A stretch of 64,000 bases of DNA from Candidatus Aminicenantes bacterium (GTDB taxonomy: Bacteria; Acidobacteriota; Aminicenantia; Aminicenantales; Aminicenantaceae): the NCBI GenBank assembly GCA_011042725.1, contig DQWD01000234.1, forward strand, positions 2,492 through 66,491. Direction: 5' to 3'. Positions 1 through 7,119 of the stretch are shown here, one piece after another; the first letter of the stretch is position 1, and every line of letters begins with the position of its first letter. The notes beneath the pieces are model-generated. The model searched no databases, was not told the origin of the DNA, and was given only the letters and a program-made list of their open reading frames with translations. The translations under genes and the position numbers were made by a program.

Positions 1-163
1 GGATGCGTTGGGCTTTTTCTTTAAGTTGGGGCCAGTTGATTTGAGCTTGAGTAGCTTTGAATTTCTGAAAATGGTGATTTGCAGCCCGGGAGAGAGCAAC
101 TTGAAGGTCTTTATTTTTTAAGGCAGAGAGGACTTTTTGGCGTGATTTATGGCCCCGGAACAA
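1..163 (-). CDS. 5' fragment of a LutB/LUD-like iron-sulfur protein gene (continues beyond window edge)
   Basis: Not in the ORF track because it is open at the edge. Hand translation of the minus strand from TTG (163-161), directly after the ftsK stop, gives MFRGHKSRQKVLSALKNKDLQVALSRAANHHFQKFKATQAQINWPQLKEKAQRI..., open to position 1. By eye it resembles the N-terminus of lactate-utilisation LutB-type proteins. The family call is weak. Confidence 0.3.
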   Translation of the reverse strand, partial: MFRGHKSRQKVLSALKNKDLQVALSRAANHHFQKFKATQAQINWPQLKEKAQRI

Positions 164-2572
164 TTACTCCTCCTGCCGGAGCTTGGTCAAATATTCTTGG
201 GGATCGACCAAAATTTCTCGTGGTTTGCTGCCTTCAGAGGGCCCTAAAATCCCTTCATTTTCCATTTGATCAATGATGCGGGCGGCTCGAGCATAACCCA
301 GCTTTAGTTTTCTTTGGAGATATGAGGCCGATGCTTGGCCAGTTAATAAAATTAATTCGACGGCTTTTTCGAATAAAGGGTCTTTTGAGATAGGTCCCTC
401 ATCGATAGGGACAGATTTTCCTTTTAAAACATTGATAATTTTTTCATCATACTCAGGTTTGGCCTGTTTTTTAACATAATTAACGACACGATTAATTTCG
501 GGCAAAGAAACATATGACCCATGGAGTCTAACCAAGCGAGGATAATTGGGGGGAAGAAAAAGCAGATCACCGTTACCAAGAAGTTTTTCAGCTCCCACCG
601 TGTCAATGATAATCCGGGAATCAATTTTACTTGGAACGCGAAAGGCGATTCGACAAGGAAAGTTGTTTTTGACTGTGCCGGTAATGACATCAATGGAGGG
701 GCGCTGGGTAGCCATTACGAGGTGTATTCCCACCGCTCGGGCGAGTTGAGCGAGGCGCGCGATACAATACTCTACATCTTGAGCCCCAATCATCATCAGT
801 TCGGCCAGCTCGTCAATGATTATAACTAGATAGGGTAGTGGTTTGGCTTTTTTGGATTGGGCATTTTCAGCTCCTTCTTCTTCGGAAGAAGGGATTTTAC
901 CTTGCTGAACATGGAGATTGTATTGTTCGATATGCCGGACCCCGACTTCGCTTAAAAGGCGATACCTATCCTCCATACGCTGGACAGCGTCCAAGAGAAT
1001 AGATCCTGCTTTTTTAGGGTCGCGCACGACGGGGCATAAAAGATGGGGAATGCCGTCATATTGATTAAATTCCAGGCGTTTGGGGTCGATGAGGATGAAT
1101 TTTACTTCCTCAGGCGAGGCTTTGTACAAAATGGAAAGAATTAGGGCGTTTAAAGCTACGCTCTTTCCCGTGCCGGTAGCCCCGGCTAGAAGAAGGTGAG
1201 GCATTACCGCCAAATCGGTGAGGTAAACTTCGCCGTGAATTGTTTTACCCAAAGCGTAGGTAAGTTTAGAGGGGGAGCGTTGAAACATTTCGCTTTGGAT
1301 TATGTCTCGCAGTCGAATAATTTCTCTTTTATTGTTGGGAACTTCGATTCCTAAGGAAGATTTTCCTGGAATTCTCTGAATTCTAACCGATTCAGCTCCC
1401 AAAGCGAGGGAAAGGTCTTCGGATCGATTGGCGACTTGGTTAACGGTTATTCCGGGGGAGGGATAAAATTCGTAGGTTGTTAGTACTGGTCCCGGATGAT
1501 ATTCTCTGACTTCACCGTCAACTCTGAATTCGCGTAACTTAGCTTCGATAATTTGCTTTTTTTCAAAAAGCTCATTTTTGTCGATTTGTTCGACTTCGCT
1601 TCCGGCATCAAGAAGGGTTATCGGGGGAAAGCGATAATCCCCTGACTGAGTTACTTCGGGAAACAGGGTCCCTTCCGGGGTAGGCGAAGGGGAAGAAGGC
1701 GGAGAGGGAGGAGGGGGTGGGGTAATGATGGATGGACCAATAGAGGGTTTGGATTTAGGAATCTTTTCCTGTTTTGAGGCGCGATATTTTTCCTGGATTT
1801 TCTGGCGCATTTTCTGGCGTGATTTTTCTTTTCGGTAACGAATAATCTTAATTCTAATTTCCTTGAAGAAAAAGGTAATGAATTTGGTGGGGAAACTCCA
1901 CAACCTTCTCAGGGAAAGGTTAAATGTAAGAAGGAAAGCAATCAACAAGAGGATGACCAGAAAAAGAATAGATCCCCAGCTATTTAACCAACGGACACAT
2001 AAGGTGGCCACAATGGTTCCAGTGAGACCTCCAGAGGAGAGCTCGACTTGACGCCAAATTATTTTAGGGATGATTATAACTAGTAATCCACTGGAAGATA
2101 GGGTAATGAGGAGCAAACCAAGAATTTTATTGAGAATATCACTTGATTCCTTTTTAGCAAAACTCTGCCAACAGAAATAGCCCAGGGTGAATAGAAAAAG
2201 AAAGGACGACAGACCGATGAATTGAAAAAAAGAATCGGACAATAATGCCCCTAGCCTTCCTCCGTAATTGTGGGTTCTTGTCCACTCGGTAGAAGTAGAG
2301 GCCCAGGTGGGGTCAAGGGGATGGTAGCTGATTAGACTAAGGAGGAGGAAGAGAGTGAAGAAGAGGAGAAGAAGAAAGGAGATTTCGGCAAAAACACGTT
2401 TTTTGCGACTTTTTTTCTCTTTGAGGTCGGCTTTCTTTTTTTTCTTCACTGTTGTGATTATAACATAAATTGGCCAAATTATAATTCGGGAACGACTGCC
2501 TTCCTGAGTTGATAACTCACCTTGAAATATTCTTACCTTTTTAAATCTAGTATTTTTTTTGGTACCTTTCAA
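164..2572 (-). CDS. ftsK: DNA translocase FtsK/SpoIIIE
   Basis: 802-aa ORF. Walker A GATGTGKS, Walker B LVIIIDELAEL, C-terminal winged-helix gamma domain (YLQRKLKLGYARAARIIDQMENEGILGP). N-terminal TM helices and a Pro-rich linker PPPPPSPPSSPSPTP. The TTG start at 2572 is uncertain (alternative GTG at 2449). Confidence 0.93.
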   Translation of the reverse strand: MKGTKKNTRFKKVRIFQGELSTQEGSRSRIIIWPIYVIITTVKKKKKADLKEKKSRKKRVFAEISFLLLLFFTLFLLLSLISYHPLDPTWASTSTEWTRTHNYGGRLGALLSDSFFQFIGLSSFLFLFTLGYFCWQSFAKKESSDILNKILGLLLITLSSSGLLVIIIPKIIWRQVELSSGGLTGTIVATLCVRWLNSWGSILFLVILLLIAFLLTFNLSLRRLWSFPTKFITFFFKEIRIKIIRYRKEKSRQKMRQKIQEKYRASKQEKIPKSKPSIGPSIITPPPPPSPPSSPSPTPEGTLFPEVTQSGDYRFPPITLLDAGSEVEQIDKNELFEKKQIIEAKLREFRVDGEVREYHPGPVLTTYEFYPSPGITVNQVANRSEDLSLALGAESVRIQRIPGKSSLGIEVPNNKREIIRLRDIIQSEMFQRSPSKLTYALGKTIHGEVYLTDLAVMPHLLLAGATGTGKSVALNALILSILYKASPEEVKFILIDPKRLEFNQYDGIPHLLCPVVRDPKKAGSILLDAVQRMEDRYRLLSEVGVRHIEQYNLHVQQGKIPSSEEEGAENAQSKKAKPLPYLVIIIDELAELMMIGAQDVEYCIARLAQLARAVGIHLVMATQRPSIDVITGTVKNNFPCRIAFRVPSKIDSRIIIDTVGAEKLLGNGDLLFLPPNYPRLVRLHGSYVSLPEINRVVNYVKKQAKPEYDEKIINVLKGKSVPIDEGPISKDPLFEKAVELILLTGQASASYLQRKLKLGYARAARIIDQMENEGILGPSEGSKPREILVDPQEYLTKLRQEE

Positions 2573-2656
2573 GGGTGTCTTAGGTGGGGAAGAAGACTAA
2601 TTGATTTTTAGAGGGACTTAATGTATAAATATAACTCGATTAAAGAAGGAGAATAT

Positions 2657-4495
2657 ATGGTGAGAAAAACCAAAGTTTATTTATTACTCATAATTTTAAG
2701 CGGTGTTTTGCTGCTCTTCACTCAAGCCACTGAACTAAAAATAGGGCGCCCTGATTTTCAAACGATGGTGACTGAGGAATGGTCCGATCCGGTGAATATC
2801 TCGATGTCAGGCACTCCTAGCTATGAGCCGAAAGTGGCGGCTGATGGAGAAGGTAATGTTCATGTTATTTGGGTTGAGGAAGATGGTGGTGAACGAGTTT
2901 TTTATAACACCAACTTGTCCGGTGAATGGGGAGTTCCTCAAAATATAACCAAGAGTGAGGTTCGGATAGGAGAAGGGCCTTGGCCTGAAATAGAAGTTGA
3001 TAATAACAATGTTCCTTGTATCCTTTATTCAGCTGTTACCGAAGGTAATTATGAAGCGGTTTTGAATCGCTATATTAATGGTGCTTGGACTGGTCACTGG
3101 AATGTCTCAAAGACTTCAGCTGGAGGCAGTGCTTATCCCTCCATTGTTATTGATCGCAATACCAACGATTATTATGTCTTTTGGCAAGATGATGCCAACC
3201 GGGCCTTCGAGGAACAAACTTATTGGGAAATCTGGATGAGATACCTTCGCGGAGGGTCGGGCTCCTGGATTGGGGGAGGCATTCTTCCTGATCGTCAGCA
3301 CCGGGCCTATACTCCTCAGGCCGCTATTGATGCCAAGGGCGGTATTTATGTTATTTATGCTAACCGGGCCTTGGGGAATATGACCAGAGTGTTTTTTACC
3401 CAAAATAAGGAACCCAAAGATTGGGAAAAATGGACTGATTCCATTGATATTTCCGGTTCAACAGGCATTGAATTTGCTTACCCTCAAATCGCCTGTGACA
3501 ATGCTGGCAATGTTTATGTCGTCTGGATGGATCATCGGGAAGGGAACATAGAGGTTTATTTTCGCCAAAGAATTAAAAATAAATGGTCAGCGATCATGAA
3601 TTTGTCTAACTCGGGAACCCCTTCTGAAGATCCTACGGTGGCTGTTAATAAAGAAACAGGTGATATTTATGTGGCGTGGGAAGAAAATCAGAAGATCTTT
3701 TTCCGAGAATTTAAAAATGGGAAATGGTTGGAGCCGGTCAACCTAACCGAATATTCCTCATCTTCAGCTCATCCCCATCTCTACGTGGACCAAGGAGGAT
3801 CAATCCACCTCGTCTTTACTGATAGTCGTACCGGGAGCTGGAATATATTTTATCGCTACCGGTTAGGGCAACCATTACGCCAGCCCGAACCCCCCTTAAA
3901 TTTGTCTTTAGTTACTTCCTTGGATGAAGCTACTTCTACTAAAACCAACAAGCTTTCTTGGCAAGCAAATGAAGAAAACGAAAGTTTAGATATTCAGAAT
4001 TATCGCCTTTACCGGCGGAAAGAAGGAGCAGGATCATTTCAATTTATAGCCGCTGTCGAAGGGACAACATTCGAATATCTTGATCAAGGATTACCCACTT
4101 CGGTGAAATATCAATATGCAGTTTCCGCTGTGGACAAGTGGGAACAAGAAAGTAGTCTTTCCGAAGCTGTTTCCGAAACAAGAATTTTTGCTCCACTCTC
4201 TCCATCCTTGACGACTTATGTTAATCGGGTTCTCTTTTACCGCGAAAAAATAATCAGATTTACCTGGCGGCATAATCCTCTTAATGATCCTCTTAGCTTG
4301 TCGCACTATAACATTTACCGCAAGAAAGCCAGTGCGGGAGATAGTGCTTTTAATCTGATTTCTTCAGTCGATGCCAATACCTTTGAGTACACTGACCGGG
4401 GCCTTTCTTTTGACCAAAAATATGCCTATGCAGTGACGATTGTTGATGCAGATGGAAATGAAAGCTCTCGATCTCCTACGGCCAAAGAAGATTAA
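2657..4495 (+). CDS. Secreted seven-bladed beta-propeller (degenerate BNR/Asp-box-like) protein with two C-terminal FN3-like domains
   Basis: ORF 2621..4495. I prefer ATG 2657, preceded by AAGGAG at 2646-2651. Signal peptide MVRKTKVYLLLIILSGVLLLFTQA. Seven repeats of P-x-[IV]-A-x-D-x-x-G-N-[VI]-[HY]-V-[IV]-W ... G-x-W ... N-[IVL]-[ST]. Two FN3-like modules carry NYRLYRR and HYNIYRK. Paralog of 7120..9309. Confidence 0.8.
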   Translation: MVRKTKVYLLLIILSGVLLLFTQATELKIGRPDFQTMVTEEWSDPVNISMSGTPSYEPKVAADGEGNVHVIWVEEDGGERVFYNTNLSGEWGVPQNITKSEVRIGEGPWPEIEVDNNNVPCILYSAVTEGNYEAVLNRYINGAWTGHWNVSKTSAGGSAYPSIVIDRNTNDYYVFWQDDANRAFEEQTYWEIWMRYLRGGSGSWIGGGILPDRQHRAYTPQAAIDAKGGIYVIYANRALGNMTRVFFTQNKEPKDWEKWTDSIDISGSTGIEFAYPQIACDNAGNVYVVWMDHREGNIEVYFRQRIKNKWSAIMNLSNSGTPSEDPTVAVNKETGDIYVAWEENQKIFFREFKNGKWLEPVNLTEYSSSSAHPHLYVDQGGSIHLVFTDSRTGSWNIFYRYRLGQPLRQPEPPLNLSLVTSLDEATSTKTNKLSWQANEENESLDIQNYRLYRRKEGAGSFQFIAAVEGTTFEYLDQGLPTSVKYQYAVSAVDKWEQESSLSEAVSETRIFAPLSPSLTTYVNRVLFYREKIIRFTWRHNPLNDPLSLSHYNIYRKKASAGDSAFNLISSVDANTFEYTDRGLSFDQKYAYAVTIVDADGNESSRSPTAKED

Positions 4496-6925
4496 CTACT
4501 CTGGATTACTCTCCTTTAGAAAAAGGTCTGAAAAGAGAAAACTTACTGGTCCGCCAGCGAGGTGGGGTAGAGTGGCATCATAATAAAAACTAAAACTGCC
4601 ACTTACTTTGAAATTCGCCGGCAGCGAGGGGATGACCATTGATTTTTTTGCCCCTCCCTTTTTCTTCCCCTGAAAGGAGCCCAATTTTCCTTTAAAAATG
4701 AGAAGATTAAAGAGGATCTGGCCATTTTGGTCCTTAATTTGGGCGGAAGGATTAACTAGATAGTCATCTCCCCAGCGTAATTCTCCTCCCCAAACTTGGC
4801 TGAAAAATCTATATTTATGGCGCTGAGGAGTGATGGTTACTATTTGGAAATATTCGTCGCCATTTTTAGCTGGTGATTGGCGATAAAAATAATATAAATT
4901 TAGTTGGTTTCTTTTTAAACTTTCTGGGGAAAAGCCATCGAGGAGAAGGAGTTTTTTCTCATAAGGTCCAGAGGTTTTAAGATAAGGGAGCGGTGGATCA
5001 AAAATATATTCATATCCCATAAAGATTTTTGACTGGGGTTGAATTTTAATAGAGGACAAGTCTCCTGAGTAACCAACTTGAGGTGATGAGTGATTAGATA
5101 GGGAGATATTATCAAGATAGATTCTTGTTAGCTTATCCGATGGAGGAGAGATGATGTCGATGAAAACACGGGTGACATTTTCGGGGGAGGTATTTAGAGC
5201 GATAGCCTGAGCTTGGGCTGAAATTCTCCATTTTTTGTTTGATTGCTTAATTAAAGATATCTTATGGGCGTATTGCTTGAAGTTTCCGGGGAAATCATAA
5301 TTAGGTAAAGAGCTTAGATAATAGATTTTAATAGTTGGATTGTGTAAATCAATCAGTTCTTCATTCCATTGAGGCTTAAATTCCTTGAGCAACACCGTTT
5401 TTTCTTCCAGAGATTGATAAAACTCTGCTTGTTTGGGATAATCTTGGGGGTTAGTAATAAATCGGTGATACATGATATCGCTGATAATGATGAAATTAAC
5501 CTGGCGAAAGGCTAAAAACTCCAGACTAACGTTTCCCAGCGTGTGACGATAAAGAAGGTTATAGCCACTGTCAAATAAAGGCGGGCTATACATCTCGAGG
5601 GCAATTTTGCTCCCGGGAGGCAGATGATCGAGAACCCACTCGCGGGCTTGGGTCCGGGTGTCTTTTTGAGTTAAGCTGAGGTCAAAGCGAATGACTTTAT
5701 AAGCTTGGGGCAAAAGCAAGGGAAAAGCGAAAATTATTGGCAGGAGGTATTTATTTTTTAAGAAAATTTTATTTGCTTTTGCCCCGGAGGAAAGCCTTCT
5801 TGCTAAGAAAGATTGGCTTCGATCTACAATGCTTCCGCAATAAATGATTAGAAAGGGGATGAAAGGCAGCATGTAGCGCACTGCTTGAGCTTTCCATGTA
5901 GAAACGATAATAAAGAGAAGAAGCGGATAAGACAGAAGAATTAAATTTTTTTTTTGAGGTCGGCGGAGGCCGAGGAGCAAGCCAAAAGGAAGAAGCCATT
6001 GAGCAAGCACGCCAATATGTTCTCGGAATCCATAGACGAGATAGAAAAATAAAGCCGATTTAGAAGCAGAGCCTCCATAATGACCAAGGGTATAAAGATG
6101 TTGAGATTGCCACTGAAAGTCCTTCCAGAAAGTCTTGAAATCGAGGAAGGCAAAAGGGCAGCCGATGAAAAAAGCAACTATAAAGAGACAACCAGCTAGG
6201 ATTAAAGGCCAGTTTAAAAATATAGATAGCCAAGTCTTTTTTTGGCGCCGCTGATAAAAGAGATGGGCTAGGAAAAGCGGTAGGAATAATAATTGCCCTC
6301 CGTACTTGGTAGCTGTAGCCAATCCGGCGGTAAAGCCAGCCAGAAGATAATTTTTCGCTTGGCCCCTTTCCATTATTTTCCAAATGAAATAATAGGAAAG
6401 AACCAGGAAGAAAACCATGGGAACGTCGGGAAGAGAATAGTGGGATATTTTGTTATGAATATGGGAAAAAATAAGAAAAAGGCTGGCCCAGAGCCCGGCT
6501 CGAAGTGAGTACATTCGTCGCCCAAGGTCAAAGACTAAGGCAATGGTTCCTAAGCTAAACAAGAGATTAAGAATGCGGCCGATGATGATAAACAGAGTAG
6601 GATTGGCACTGAAGGATTTAACAAGCTCTTCCACAGAATGGAAAGCACCAAATAATTTCCCTCCCAGGTAAATAAGACCCCACCAGCCAGCCTGAAGGTA
6701 AGTATAAAGAGAGGGGACATGAAAAAAGTGGGGATTTAAATCGCCTTTTAAATAGTTCAGGGAAATTTCAGCAAACCTTTTTTCATCAACATGGTAGAGA
6801 AAAGGAAGGCCGAAATTGAGGCCCAAGGCTCTAATAAATAGCCCAACAAGAAGAAGGTAAAGGAGAATTTTCTTGGTAGAACTTGGGGTCAATAAGAGAA
6901 AGTTATTTTTAACTTTGTTCTCCAT
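4496..6925 (-). CDS. ArnT/PMT-type GT-C glycosyltransferase (GT39/GT83-like) with large C-terminal non-membrane domain
   Basis: 809-aa ORF with about 10-12 hydrophobic helices in the first ~410 aa. First periplasmic loop motif HVDEKRFAEISLNYL resembles the ArnT DExRYAEISREM motif. The C-terminal ~400 aa are soluble-looking. Its stop abuts the stop of the convergent gene with 0-nt spacing. Confidence 0.8.
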   Translation of the reverse strand: MENKVKNNFLLLTPSSTKKILLYLLLVGLFIRALGLNFGLPFLYHVDEKRFAEISLNYLKGDLNPHFFHVPSLYTYLQAGWWGLIYLGGKLFGAFHSVEELVKSFSANPTLFIIIGRILNLLFSLGTIALVFDLGRRMYSLRAGLWASLFLIFSHIHNKISHYSLPDVPMVFFLVLSYYFIWKIMERGQAKNYLLAGFTAGLATATKYGGQLLFLPLFLAHLFYQRRQKKTWLSIFLNWPLILAGCLFIVAFFIGCPFAFLDFKTFWKDFQWQSQHLYTLGHYGGSASKSALFFYLVYGFREHIGVLAQWLLPFGLLLGLRRPQKKNLILLSYPLLLFIIVSTWKAQAVRYMLPFIPFLIIYCGSIVDRSQSFLARRLSSGAKANKIFLKNKYLLPIIFAFPLLLPQAYKVIRFDLSLTQKDTRTQAREWVLDHLPPGSKIALEMYSPPLFDSGYNLLYRHTLGNVSLEFLAFRQVNFIIISDIMYHRFITNPQDYPKQAEFYQSLEEKTVLLKEFKPQWNEELIDLHNPTIKIYYLSSLPNYDFPGNFKQYAHKISLIKQSNKKWRISAQAQAIALNTSPENVTRVFIDIISPPSDKLTRIYLDNISLSNHSSPQVGYSGDLSSIKIQPQSKIFMGYEYIFDPPLPYLKTSGPYEKKLLLLDGFSPESLKRNQLNLYYFYRQSPAKNGDEYFQIVTITPQRHKYRFFSQVWGGELRWGDDYLVNPSAQIKDQNGQILFNLLIFKGKLGSFQGKKKGGAKKSMVIPSLPANFKVSGSFSFYYDATLPHLAGGPVSFLFSDLFLKESNPE

Positions 6926-7119
6926 TGTCCGCAGGCATAATATTGCTTGAGTTTAGTGGCTTAGTCAAGTGGCGAGTAGGTCACCATTAATGATTAATCT
7001 CCAAAGGTGAGGGCGAAAGAACAAGATTCACCTTCGAAATCCTCGGTAAAGGGGGTTTTCTTTGAGTTTTTTTGTGTTATTATTTTACCGGCCTTGGATG
7101 TAAAAATGACGGGGAGAAA

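Noticed and set aside
424-829. Track ORFs overlapping ftsK on either strand (424..693 on the minus strand in another frame; 521..829 and 546..749 on the plus strand; also 79..276 and 1863..2051 on the plus strand).
   Set aside because: They lie entirely within or against a strongly supported CDS, and they have low-complexity or biased composition with no motifs.
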